Below are positions 20,461-31,068 of a DNA stretch of 64,000 nt, one piece after another. The notes beneath the pieces are model-generated. The model worked only from the letters and a program-made list of their open reading frames with translations. It did no database searches and had not been told where the DNA came from. The position numbers were made by a program, and so were the translations under genes. Numbering within the stretch: the stretch's first letter is position 1; each line of letters starts with the position of its first letter. The stretch covers positions 128,001-192,000 of the forward strand of contig CAVRBU010000011.1 of the NCBI GenBank assembly GCA_963719315.1. Reading direction: 5' to 3'. The DNA comes from an uncultured Planctomycetota bacterium (GTDB lineage Bacteria > Planctomycetota > Planctomycetia > Pirellulales > Lacipirellulaceae).

Positions 20461-21257
20461 TAGATGGCCAAAAATAAGTGTGGAACTCCGTATACGAGTG
20501 TGCTACGCTGCCTACCACGCTGTACCTCAGCCATCGCTCTTTGACAATCCAGCATAGCGACTTTTCCCAGGTAGTTCAGGCTGTGCCTGAAACGCGCGCA
20601 GCACCCTTGCCGCGGGTTGGAGCCTGCGCGCGCCCACCGACACGTCCAGGAGAAGTCTCACGCAGAGGCGCAGAATTCGCTGAGAGGCATGCCTTAGGAC
20701 AAACCTCTCCGCGTCCTCTGCACCTCTGCGTGAGACTCTTACGTCATCGACGACACGGCAGGAATCCATGCTGTGGTTTCAGCCCACGGCCGGGCTGGAT
20801 TCATCGGCGGCAAGAATAGACTCCCGGCCGCTCGCGCCTTTTTGCCCAAAGCTGGCCGAAGAGCCGGAACAGCGTAAAACGCCACGAAAATCGCCACATT
20901 TTCAAGGCTCGACCGCTCTGGCTAAGAGCTAACAGCTAAGAGCTAACAGCTAAGAGCTAACAGCTAACAGCTAAGAGCTAACAGCTAAGAGCTAACAGCT
21001 AAGAGCTAACAGCTAAGAGCTAACAGCTTATTCCTGCCAGATTCCAGCTTCTTAGAGAGCAAACTCACCTAGTATTGCACGTCCCGCGCACGCTCAAACC
21101 ACTGAATTTCCAGCGGTTGGTGGCCTGAGCGCCGCGCAAAAAGGAGGAGTTTTGCACGCGAAAAAAATTTTCACGCGTCCGCTCAATCGTACTCCCTTGC
21201 CGCCCAACGAGTTACGACTTCCATTGCGCGAAGCACTCGCGCAAAACTCTCCGCGTG
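20461..21257 (+). repeat. Long non-coding element, copy 1 (inverted homolog at 61529-62210)
   Basis: Collinear similarity with the reverse complement of 61529-62210 along its whole length. Many hairpins. Confidence 0.9.
20921..21025 (+). repeat. Heptamer tandem array GCTAA(G/C)A x15
   Basis: Mostly alternating gctaaga/gctaaca units, counted directly. Confidence 0.95.
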
Positions 21258-21705
21258 AGAAAGGAAAGGAAAGGAAAGCAGACAAACTGCATGCCAAGTT
21301 GGTTTCTCTCTGCATTCCTTGGCGTTCTTGGCGACCTTGGCCGTTCGTCCTTTCAGCTTGAGTACAAGTACCAAGCGACATAGACACCGCGTCGCAAAAC
21401 GCTTCTTGCTCGTCGTAAGGGGATTCTATCCGGCCGCTCAAGCCGCCACAAAGCGGATAATCGTTGCCACCGGTCGCACCGGTTCTCGAAATGCCCACTT
21501 CGTTGACCTGCCACAAGCCGTGACGTAGATATTTGGCGACAGAGCAGTGCTCGGGTTGTCGAGCGGCTATCGCCGTTGGGCGCCATTGCGAGCTCGTTAG
21601 CAACGGGTCCAACGACAACGCCCGCGGATCGGGTGGTAGCACATTGATTACATGCCAAGGCCGCCGCACGAGAAGTATATGCACCCAATCGCTCCCCAAC
21701 GTGCC

Positions 21706-23089
21706 ATGACCAAACCGCAACTTTTGCTCGTTGACGATGATCGACACGTGCTCGAGTCGATGTCCGACTGGCTGCGTGGCCAAGGTTACGAGTTGGATGC
21801 GTCGGGCGGGTACGTCGCCGCACTCGAGCAACTGCGCAAGAAATCGTTCGACCTGGTGCTGGCCGATGTTCGACTCCGCGACGGCGACGGCTTCGATTTG
21901 CTCGAACAATGCCGCCGCAATTGGCCGGCGTCGCAGGTCGTGCTGATGACCGGCTACGGTTCGCCCGATGGCGCGATCGAAGCGATTCGCGCCGGGGCAT
22001 TCGATTACATCACCAAGCCGCTCATCGACAATGAGCTGCTGATGACGATCGAGCGGGCGATTTCGCAGCGCGGCATCAAGCAAGAAAACGAAAATCTCCA
22101 CGCTCAACTCGATCGCCGGTACGGCATGGACAACATCGTGGGCCGCGACCCGCGGATGCTGAAAGTCTTCGAAATGATCGGCAGCGTGGCCGATACGCGA
22201 GCCACTGTGCTCGTGACCGGCGAAAGCGGCACCGGCAAGAGCATGATCGCTCGCGCCATCCATCGCCGCAGCGGACGCGCCAAGGGGCCGTTCGTCGAAG
22301 TTGCCTGCGGCGCACTCCCCGAAACGCTGCTGGAAAGCGAATTGTTCGGTCACGTCGCCGGCGCTTTCACGGGCGCGGTCGGCGAAAAGATGGGCAAGTT
22401 CCTCCAGGCCGACGGCGGCACGATCTTCCTCGACGAAATCGGCACCGCCAGCCCGGCCATGCAGGTGAAACTGCTGCGGGTATTGCAAGAATTGAAGTTC
22501 GAGCAAGTCGGCGGCACCAAGACGTTCGAACGTCGATGTCCGCATCGTATTGGCAACGAATGAAGACCTGACGCGGGCGGTGGCCGACGGCCGCTTCCGC
22601 CAAGACCTCTACTACCGCGTCAACGTCATCAATATCGAACTGCCACCGCTACGCTCTCGCGTGAGTGATATTTCGTCCCTGGCCCACAGCTTCCTCGAAG
22701 AAGTACGCGAAGACTCACGCCGTGAGGTGACCGGCTTCGCTGACGACGCGATGGCAACGATGGAGCGTTACAACTGGCCGGGCAACGTGCGTGAATTGCA
22801 GAATGTCGTCGAGCGGGCGGTGCTCTTGGGCAAAGGGCCGATCATCACCGTGGCAGACCTGCCGACCGAAGTTCGCGGCACGGGCGCGGTCTTCATGAGT
22901 TCGGCTGCCGGCCAGAAGACGCTGAAAGAAGCACTCGAAGGCCCGGAGCGACAAATCATTCGCGAAGTGCTCGAATCCAACGGGTGGAACCGCAACGCCA
23001 CGGCCGACCAACTCGGCATCAATCGCACGACGCTCTACAAGAAAATGAAGCGGCTCGGCCTGGAAGACGGCCGCGTCGGCGTGATGTAG
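21706..23089 (+). CDS. Sigma-54-dependent response regulator (NtrC family), apparent 1-nt insertion near 22531
   Basis: Receiver domain LLLVDDD, GESGTGK, GAFTGA, FLDEI; then [20 protein letters not shown] and a Fis-type HTH. Confidence 0.92.
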
Positions 23090-23101
23090 CTTGTCCGCGC
23101 T

Positions 23102-24007
23102 CTAGGGCTTCGCCGGCGCAGGCGCTGCCGGCTTCGCGCTATCACCCGGCGTCGCAGCAGGGGCCGGTGCCGACTCCCCAGCACCAAAGGTGTGGTAAAC
23201 CTCACCCGGCAAGATGACCTTCGCATCAGGCGCCGCTTTTGGCTGTTCGGCGCTCGATGTTGCGGCAGGCGTCTCCGCTGGCTTCTTAACGGCGGGCTGC
23301 GACGAGCCACCCTCATTCAGCTTGTGGGCTACCTCCGCCAACGCCTTATCGACTTCCGGCAAGAAGTCGCGAGCGAAATGCAAGGCGGCGCTCTTCTCCG
23401 CCGTTTCAGACGGGTCGCGCATCTCGCTCGTGAAATATATTTTGTAGAGTGCTCTCACGTTGCCGAAGTGATACCGCGCATTTTGTGGCGCCTCCCACAC
23501 GACCTTTCCGTCATTCTCCGCGGATTCCGGATTGAACCAGCTCCAGAAAACGCGCCGCAGGCTGCGGCCGGTAAGCTCATCCTCTTTGTAAAAAGTATTC
23601 GTCCAGAAAGGCGTTTCCTGGCGACCGGTCATGACCAGCGGATACAAGCCGTTTTCTTTTGCGCGGGATGTAAAGCCGGAGGACGGGTAGCAAATGTCTG
23701 GTGTGTGAGCCGAAACATCACGCGCGTGTCCCACGATCAACCACAACTCGACCCGCTCCCCGGTTCGCGAATTGCGATAATCGCGCGATACGGCGCCGAT
23801 TGCACCTGCCGTCTTTTGCACGTTCGGATCCACTGGCTTATCCTCGCCGTGCCAATCGCCGATGGTCTTGGGCACTAAACTGAGAAGTTCGGCCCGCTGT
23901 TCGACGCTGAAGTTCGTGCCCGACAGTCGGTCGGTCATTCGAATCTGCACGGTCGTCAACCCGACGATTAGCAACACGCCTGCCAGGATCGGAAAAAAGC
24001 GAGTCAT
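23102..24007 (-). CDS. Exosortase-associated EpsI-family protein
   Basis: N-terminal TM, PKTIGDWHG, HTPDICYP, VFWSW, LYKIY; located near the exosortase. Confidence 0.85.
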   Translation of the reverse strand: MTRFFPILAGVLLIVGLTTVQIRMTDRLSGTNFSVEQRAELLSLVPKTIGDWHGEDKPVDPNVQKTAGAIGAVSRDYRNSRTGERVELWLIVGHARDVSAHTPDICYPSSGFTSRAKENGLYPLVMTGRQETPFWTNTFYKEDELTGRSLRRVFWSWFNPESAENDGKVVWEAPQNARYHFGNVRALYKIYFTSEMRDPSETAEKSAALHFARDFLPEVDKALAEVAHKLNEGGSSQPAVKKPAETPAATSSAEQPKAAPDAKVILPGEVYHTFGAGESAPAPAATPGDSAKPAAPAPAKP

Positions 24008-24286
24008 CGAGTTGAAACCTCCGGCTGCTAGCCGGACGCATCGCGCCGCGTTCGCGCGCCCGGCAAGGCAAAGAATCAAGAGCGGTATGAGGCCTCAATA
24101 CGCCGGCAAACGACTCACGGTTCGCGAGAACGTGTGCGGTCGCTCGTCGGAGCCTCAGTCTCAATTCACAGTAGGCTCATGCCCGAAATGTGTCAAGCAA
24201 ACGACGGTTCGGTCGTCCAGGCGACCCGCATAAGCCCTACAGCCGAATTCCGAGATTGTGCTGCTCGGTGCACGGACTTCAGCGGT

Positions 24287-24976
24287 CTAGTTCGTCCAAT
24301 TGGCGAGCGCGCCTGGCAGACTGGGTGGCGGATCGTCGCTCGGAGGACCGCCCGTTGCCCGCACGGGTCGGCGTACCGGCGCCTCAGAGGGCTGAGAGGC
24401 TGCGCGGACCGGCGGAGCCTGATTGAGTGTGCGCGGCCCGAACGGCAGCGCAGGCGGAGGATCAAGGTCGCTCGTCGGACCTGTTGAATTCAACGACTTC
24501 GGGCCAGGCACTTGCGGCTCATACGGCGGCAAGCTGCGACGCGGACTACCAGGTTCCACCGGCTCGCCCGGCTGCATCAGCGGCCCGGCCGGTGGCTGCC
24601 CGCCGGGCGGCCTGTTTTCGGTGCCGCCGGGCTCAGCGTTCGTCGCTGGAGCTCGGAGCGGTTCTTCGCGGGGCGTCGTTGGCGGCGGAGCTTTGCGATC
24701 TTCTTCATTCGCTCCGGGCGGCTCGAATGTGTTCATTTCCCCTGGCTGTTGCGAAGTCGGCCCCATTTGTCCCGCGGGGATCGGCTCCATGCATTCCAGC
24801 GGCCAACGCCGCCAACGCGTTTCGTACCAACCGTAGGTGAGCGGATTCGGATAGCAACGCCCATCGGCGCAGCACGGCGGCGGCGTCGGGCGATCCAACG
24901 GCGGCGGCGACGCCAGCGAAACGCTACCCATACCGGCCAGTAACAGTCCTGTGGCCGTCAAGTTTCTAATCGTCAT
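24287..24976 (-). CDS. Secreted Pro-rich hypothetical protein
   Basis: Signal peptide, CC..G.CYP..YGWYETRWRRWP motif, Pro-rich tail. Confidence 0.7.
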   Translation of the reverse strand: MTIRNLTATGLLLAGMGSVSLASPPPLDRPTPPPCCADGRCYPNPLTYGWYETRWRRWPLECMEPIPAGQMGPTSQQPGEMNTFEPPGANEEDRKAPPPTTPREEPLRAPATNAEPGGTENRPPGGQPPAGPLMQPGEPVEPGSPRRSLPPYEPQVPGPKSLNSTGPTSDLDPPPALPFGPRTLNQAPPVRAASQPSEAPVRRPVRATGGPPSDDPPPSLPGALANWTN

Positions 24977-25071
24977 GATTGTGTCCTCCCCGAATCCAAT
25001 TCTCCGCAACCAATTCCAAGGCTCCGAACCGAACAACTAACAACGGACATCTTGCAATGGACAATGCTTTG

Positions 25072-26127
25072 CTACAAAGAGCCTAAGCCGAAACGCCTGA
25101 TCTGATTGAGCGTCGCGGTACCCAGCGAGGTGAAGCCGAACATCCGCTCGAATGGCTGGGTGTATTTGAACACCAGTGCGTTGAACTTGATGAACGGATC
25201 CTCGGCGATGTACAGCCGATCGCGCGGCATCAGTTGATAATTCGTGGCAGTGGATCCACCGCGGCTGATTTCCTCCCAATTAACCGGCAGAATTTGTTCG
25301 CAGCCCACGCCATTCGGCGCCGGCCGGGCAATGAAAATCCGAGTGGACGAAAGCTGCGAAAGCCCGCCCAACTGGGCGATGGCGTCCAACACCGTTTCAT
25401 TTCCGGTAATTGGAAATTCAGCGACGTCGTCGCCGTTGCCCGCGCCTTGCGTAATGACATAGTACGTTTTGCTGTTGTAGGCGAACACATCCACCGCCAC
25501 TTGCGGCGATTCAAGATAGTTCGAAAGATGTTTCTCGATCACTTCGCGAGCCTGATCGAGCGTCAGCCCCGCCACGTAGACTGATCCGTAGGTAGACAAA
25601 TTGATGCGGCCATCTGGTCCCACCAAGTGTTCTCCAGAGATCTGCTGCGCCCCGCTGGAAGCGGCCAAAGATACCGATACCTGCGGATCTTGAATCAACT
25701 GAGCGAGGTGTCGGCGTATCTCGGCTTGGGCTTCGTCGGTCGTCAGGCCAACCACCTTCACGCGGCCATATGCCGGGCCCAAATCGACCGTACCTTCGGG
25801 ATCGATGAAGAACGCTTCCGCGATCGGTTGATCGGCGAATGCGTTCGCTACACGAATCAAGAGCGCATCGAAGGGCTCAAGTTTGTGCGGCGGCTTTGGC
25901 ACGATCTTCACCGCCTGAAGAAACAGGATGTCTGGCGGTTCGATCGTGTACGCCGGCAACGACACCATGTCCAGCTCACGCGGCACCTGGCTGTTCGGCG
26001 ATGGTTCCGGCGGAGTAATCGGATACGGTTCGCGCGGCTCCAGAAAGGCCGTGCATCCTCCGGTGGCCAGCACCATCGCGACCAGACACATTGCCCGAAT
26101 CGATTGAATTCGTGGGGAGAGGATCAT
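25072..26127 (-). CDS. Polysaccharide export lipoprotein (Wza family)
   Basis: Lipobox TGGC, YTIEPPDIL, two poly_export modules (PEGTVDLG, PDGRINL), GNETVLDAI. Confidence 0.9.
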   Translation of the reverse strand: MILSPRIQSIRAMCLVAMVLATGGCTAFLEPREPYPITPPEPSPNSQVPRELDMVSLPAYTIEPPDILFLQAVKIVPKPPHKLEPFDALLIRVANAFADQPIAEAFFIDPEGTVDLGPAYGRVKVVGLTTDEAQAEIRRHLAQLIQDPQVSVSLAASSGAQQISGEHLVGPDGRINLSTYGSVYVAGLTLDQAREVIEKHLSNYLESPQVAVDVFAYNSKTYYVITQGAGNGDDVAEFPITGNETVLDAIAQLGGLSQLSSTRIFIARPAPNGVGCEQILPVNWEEISRGGSTATNYQLMPRDRLYIAEDPFIKFNALVFKYTQPFERMFGFTSLGTATLNQIRRFGLGSL

Positions 26128-27170
26128 GGCGTTTCTCGGACTCGCGTTGTTGGTTTCGATGCCGGGCTGCCACCAAGCTAGCAGCCAGGCAATGAACTCC
26201 TGCGCAACCGGAAATCCCGGCACGTTCTCTCTAATCGGAAAAGATCGCCAACAACTTTGGCCGAGGCCGCAAACAATCGCCATTTTCCCCAAACGGCGCC
26301 TGACCGCGAGAAAATGGGTATTTTTGTCAAGTTAGATAAATCTTCCTGCGAGATTCTGTTCGTTCTTCGTATGCTGGCAATTCTGCTGTGCTGAAATAGG
26401 TTTCGCCTGCCGGGCGGGGCCTGGAATCCGCTTTGCAACTTTGTGAATCCGCTCAGGTCCCTTCCGGCAGAAGGGACCTACCTAGAATCTGTGGGCACGA
26501 CCCCTGGACGTTCGTGGAAGGCAACGTCTGGAGGTGGGATTCCCCGGTTTTTGACCGTTAGCAACACGAACAATTATTTGAGTCGCTGCGTAAAGGCGCA
26601 AGCCCCCATCCAAATCCTTGAATTCCGAACAGCGTGCAGGACGGCTCAGGGGATTCAATCGCTATAATTGGCGCGATGAGGAGCACGGTAATTCCACATA
26701 GGCGAAATGCCGGCGATGCGGCAGTTTGTAGGGCCCAAACATAAAGCAGCTCACGAGTTGCGTTTCGATACGGGTGTTTGACAGATTTTTGCCAGCCGCG
26801 TATTCTCGATTCTTAGAGGCATCGGCTGCTCAGTTTGCGCGTGGTGGATAGAAAGACGGTTAGTACTGGTTCCGCGACAACTCGACGAGGCGCGGTTCCA
26901 TTACGGCGGCGGCTGCAGGATGCCCTGTTTTTCCAGGGCGGTGGCTCCGTACTTATCACCGGGTTCCGGCGCCGGCAGGCTGCCGACGGGACACCCCTCG
27001 CGGAATAGAGAATCCACTGGTTGCTTCTACCGAGTTGCCGTAGCAGGCGACTTTCGCTGCACTGTTCGCTTGCGACGACGTAATAATTCGATGATGGATG
27101 TCACCCCACAGGCCGCTTTCATCGGGCCGCACTAATAAACTCGCAGATCGAATTTGAGGTTCCTCACTCC

Positions 27171-28172
27171 ATGAGCCAAATTCAACCACCGTCAAAACCT
27201 CCCCTTCGTTCCACTCAACCGCTGCGTAGCACGGCGATGGCCGCTGCTGAACCTGCAAGTTTGACCGACCCCTCGCAGCTCACGCCGTTGTTGTTGCTCG
27301 GGGGCTTGGTGATTTTGCTGGTGGCTGCCTACTGGGACATGTTTTCGCTCATCAGCGCGGCTTGGAAAGAAGAACTTTATTCACACGGCTGGATTGTGCC
27401 GCTGTTTGCATTGGGGCTGTTGTGGCTCCGGTGGGAGCCTTTTGGGCCGGTACCTGCCCGCGAACGCTGGATTGGAGTCGCCCTATTGGGGGCCGGTTTG
27501 GCGACGCGGCTACTGGCTGCGGAATACACCATCAATCCGATCGATCGCCTGTCGTTTCTGCCGGCGATTTTCGGCGTCTTCATGATGGTCGGTGGCATGC
27601 AGGTCGTTCGCTGGGCTTGGCCGGCGCTGGCGTTTCTGATCTTCATGTTTCCACTGCCGACTGCTCTCGAAGTGAATGTCTTGAACCGGCTTCAGCGGAT
27701 GGCGACCATTTCCAGCACGTTCGTGCTGCAAACCCTGGGTGTCGCCGCCTTCCGCACCGGCAACTTGATCAGCATTCCAGGTTCCGATCAGCCCATGAAT
27801 GTGGCGGAGGGGTGCGCGGGCTTGCGGATGGCGACGATTTTCGGCGCGCTCGCGGTTGCCATGGTCTTCATTATCGAGCGGCCCTGGTGGGACAAACTCG
27901 TGATTCTGTTGAGCTCGATTCCGATCGCCATCTTTGTGAATATCGTCCGCATCACTGCCACGGGCTTGCTGTACACGATGGTTGGGCCGCAAAACCTGGC
28001 TGTGCACAAAATCATGCACGATTGGGCCGGGCTGTTGATCATGATGCCGCTCGCGATGGCCTTACTGTGGCTGGAGTTGCAAGTTCTGGAGCGACTTACG
28101 ATTCCCATCGAGTCAGTGCAATTGCGGCCGGTCGGCGGACCGCGTGGTTCCGCGCCTTTGCCGGTCCGCTGA
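27171..28172 (+). CDS. Exosortase
   Basis: YSHGW, multi-TM, catalytic Cys (VAEGCAGLR), Arg (NIVRI) and His (HDWAG). Confidence 0.92.
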   Translation: MSQIQPPSKPPLRSTQPLRSTAMAAAEPASLTDPSQLTPLLLLGGLVILLVAAYWDMFSLISAAWKEELYSHGWIVPLFALGLLWLRWEPFGPVPARERWIGVALLGAGLATRLLAAEYTINPIDRLSFLPAIFGVFMMVGGMQVVRWAWPALAFLIFMFPLPTALEVNVLNRLQRMATISSTFVLQTLGVAAFRTGNLISIPGSDQPMNVAEGCAGLRMATIFGALAVAMVFIIERPWWDKLVILLSSIPIAIFVNIVRITATGLLYTMVGPQNLAVHKIMHDWAGLLIMMPLAMALLWLELQVLERLTIPIESVQLRPVGGPRGSAPLPVR

Positions 28173-28312
28173 ATAACAGGTCAATACTGTGGAAAAATTG
28201 CGACAATTGTTGAAAAAACGCACCCTCGGCGGAACGGTTGTCCGTCTCAACTGTGTTTGTAAATCCTTGTTGTAAAACCCTTTAGGAGCATTCAAGCGGG
28301 CCCGAAACCGAT

Positions 28313-28328
28313 TGGCGTATAAGTTGCG
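28313..28328 (+). promoter_or_regulatory. Candidate sigma-54 promoter of the wzc-like gene
   Basis: TGGCGTA-TAAG-TTGCG is a close match to TGGCACG-N4-TTGC, about 90 nt upstream of the ATG. Confidence 0.6.
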
Positions 28329-28418
28329 ATTGCTAGCTTTACGCTTTTCTCGCGCTGGCTTCCTTTTCCTAGTCTCGGCACGGCGCCGGTATTCACCTGG
28401 ACCACTTGAGATCCTTCC

Positions 28419-30695
28419 ATGACGTATCACGAAGACTCTTCTCACACACCCGACGAACATCGCGCCCTCGTTGGTGATGCGCATTCTCCCGGCGACGCCC
28501 TCGTGGTTCAATCCAACGGAGCGCCCAGTCATCCACTGGCAATCCCCAGCGGACCAATGCCCGTCGGCCAGGACGTCCTCCGCGGCGGCATGGACGCCAA
28601 CACGTTCCTCCACGCACTCCGACGGCGCTGGATACTCGCGCTGTCCCTGGCCACTGTCGCGGCTAGCATCGCCGCGGCTGCACTTTGGGTATTGTTTCCC
28701 GAGTCGTCGTCTGCCACCGCGTTGTTCGAGGTATCGAACAAACAGGATACGATTTTCGACATTAGTCGGCAGAACGAACAGAATTTCGAAATCCTTAAGA
28801 AAACGCAGCTCGCCTTACTGAAAAGTAATTTCGTACTCACTGCTGCTATTCGACCTCCTAGCATCGCCAGCCTCAGCGCACTGGCTGGGCACGCGGATCC
28901 CGTGGAATGGTTGCAGGAAAACTTGGAAGTCGATTTTCCCCAAAACGGCGAAATTCTCCAAATCAGGCTTTCCGGGGACGAGCTACCCGATGAATTGGTG
29001 CAACTCGTCGATGCCGTGGCGAAGGCCTACAAAGAAGAAGTCGTGAACACGCTGCGGCAACGCCGCCTGGCGACCCGCGACTTGTTGGCCCAAAATCTCG
29101 AAACGCTCAACAAAGACATCCGCAACAAGTTGGATATCTTTCTCGAAATCGCCCACGAATCGGGCCAGGCACTGGGCAACACGCGCGATGCCGAAACGGA
29201 TCTCTTGCTCCGAGAAATCTCCGAAATTCAAAAGAAGAGAGACGACCTTACGACACAGCTCTTCCAAACACAGACCGACTTCATGATCATGAAGGGCGAA
29301 CTGGAAGATCCTGGCTTGATCGAGCAACAGGTCGACGAGTTTCTCGATAAAGATCCGCAGATGGCGATGATGAAACAGCAAGTTGCGTATCTGCAAATGA
29401 ATCGGTCACAAACCGAGAGTACCGCCAAGCATGCTGGCTCCAAAGCCGGCTCGATGACCGATCGCCAAATTGCACATCTCAATCAGCAAATTGAGCAGTA
29501 TCGCCAAGATTCAAAACTGCAGTTGATGCACGACATTCAAACCAAGCCGAATTACAACCTCTTGCAGCTCACCAAGCGCTACAGGATGCTGATCAACTCG
29601 TTGCAGGCCCAACTGGGCGCCGCCAACAAGACGCTGGAAACCAAAATGGCGACTTTGAAGACGCGGATCGAAAAGTCCGGGGACTTGGAAACCCGCCAAG
29701 AAGATTTGAAACAGTATCAGCAGATCGCCAATGATATGAGCGTCAAGCTCGAGAGCCTCGACTTCGACGCCAACGCGCCGGCCCAGATCAAGCAGGTGCA
29801 GCAAGCCGTTCCCACGAAGAATATCAACACTGCCCAGCACTATGCGATCGTAATCCTGGGTGGCCTGGGGGCCTTCGCTTTGACTTGCTTGGGCATCGCC
29901 TATTTGGAGTTCAGTAGTCGGCGTCTCAATGCGCCGCACGAAGTGGACGAAGGCCTCGGCATCCGCGTCGTCGGCACGCTCCCCGGCCTGTCGTCGCGGA
30001 AGGCCCTCGATCCGAATCATCCGGTCGTGGCCCAGCTTACCGAGTCGATCGATGGCGTGCGGACGATCCTCATGCACGACTCGACCTCCAAGCGCCGGCA
30101 AGTGGTGCTCGTGACCAGCGCCGCCACGAACGAAGGCCGCACGACCGTGGCCAGCCAACTGGCCGCCAGTTTGGCCCGCGCCGGCCGCCGCACGCTGCTG
30201 GTCGATGGCGACTTGCGACGCCCCGCCCTGCACGCGCTGTTCGATGCTCCGCTCGAAGACGGGCTGTGCGAAGTGCTTCGCGCCGAAGTCGATGTCTCCG
30301 ACGTGATTCGCCCGACCCACGCCGAAGGTCTGTGGTTGCTCACTGCCGGTTACTGCGACATCGATGCGATTCACGCCTTGGCCACCGAGCAAATGCAGCC
30401 AGTGTTCGATAAGCTTCGCGCTGAATACGATTTCATCATCATCGACGGCGCGCCCGTCCTGGGCATGTCCGACGCCCTGATCTTCGGTCAGTACAGCGAC
30501 GGCGCGATCCTTTCGGTCCGCCGCGACCAGAGCCAAATGCCGAAGATTCACCAGGCGGCCGAGTTGCTCCGAGGCGTCGGAATCCGCATTATCGGCGCGG
30601 TGGTCAACGGCGTTCAAGCCAAGGCCGACGACCGAATCGTCCAGATGCGCCTCATGGCGCCGAAAGCCGACCGCGAGCTCCAGCCAACGTCCTGA
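28419..30695 (+). CDS. Polysaccharide co-polymerase/tyrosine autokinase (Wzc family)
   Basis: Two TMs with a coiled coil between them; VTSAATNEGRTT, LVDGDLRRP, IIIDGAP. Confidence 0.9.
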   Translation: MTYHEDSSHTPDEHRALVGDAHSPGDALVVQSNGAPSHPLAIPSGPMPVGQDVLRGGMDANTFLHALRRRWILALSLATVAASIAAAALWVLFPESSSATALFEVSNKQDTIFDISRQNEQNFEILKKTQLALLKSNFVLTAAIRPPSIASLSALAGHADPVEWLQENLEVDFPQNGEILQIRLSGDELPDELVQLVDAVAKAYKEEVVNTLRQRRLATRDLLAQNLETLNKDIRNKLDIFLEIAHESGQALGNTRDAETDLLLREISEIQKKRDDLTTQLFQTQTDFMIMKGELEDPGLIEQQVDEFLDKDPQMAMMKQQVAYLQMNRSQTESTAKHAGSKAGSMTDRQIAHLNQQIEQYRQDSKLQLMHDIQTKPNYNLLQLTKRYRMLINSLQAQLGAANKTLETKMATLKTRIEKSGDLETRQEDLKQYQQIANDMSVKLESLDFDANAPAQIKQVQQAVPTKNINTAQHYAIVILGGLGAFALTCLGIAYLEFSSRRLNAPHEVDEGLGIRVVGTLPGLSSRKALDPNHPVVAQLTESIDGVRTILMHDSTSKRRQVVLVTSAATNEGRTTVASQLAASLARAGRRTLLVDGDLRRPALHALFDAPLEDGLCEVLRAEVDVSDVIRPTHAEGLWLLTAGYCDIDAIHALATEQMQPVFDKLRAEYDFIIIDGAPVLGMSDALIFGQYSDGAILSVRRDQSQMPKIHQAAELLRGVGIRIIGAVVNGVQAKADDRIVQMRLMAPKADRELQPTS

Positions 30696-30742
30696 CGGCT
30701 TCCAAAACTCGCTCGTCGTCACCCGAATCTGTCCGCCCACAG

Positions 30743-30768
30743 CCCCCGGCTCCGCCGGGGGTTTTTTT
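30743..30768 (+). terminator. Intrinsic terminator
   Basis: cccccggc-tcc-gccggggg followed by T7. Confidence 0.8.
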
Positions 30769-31068
30769 GCGCCGACCACAAATCGCCCCACAAAACCAAG
30801 CCACCAAGCCCAAATCCTCTTCCATCGCCAGCCAGGCGTGCTCGGCAAATTTTTTCTCGCCGGACACCCGACGGGTCGTTTTCAACCGCCATTTCATTCG
30901 CTATCATAGCGAGTTCCAGGCGGTCACCGCGGTCGGCTCGTTCGATCGAGGCTGGCCGCTTTTTTACGTTCGGTGAGCAAGTGAGTCGGTTGTTATAGAA
31001 ATCCGTTCCTTACTCCACCCACTCACCTGCTCACCTCTAACTCCCTCTGGCATTGGAGACATCGAAAC

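Noticed and set aside
20478..20819. ORF MWNSVYECATLPTT... and its twin at 61870-62193 as a protein family
   Set aside because: The similarity follows from the DNA repeat. The frames diverge after the internal hairpin, there is no RBS, and the composition is not protein-like.
20921..21025. CRISPR array
   Set aside because: 7-bp tandem units with no spacers, and no cas genes.
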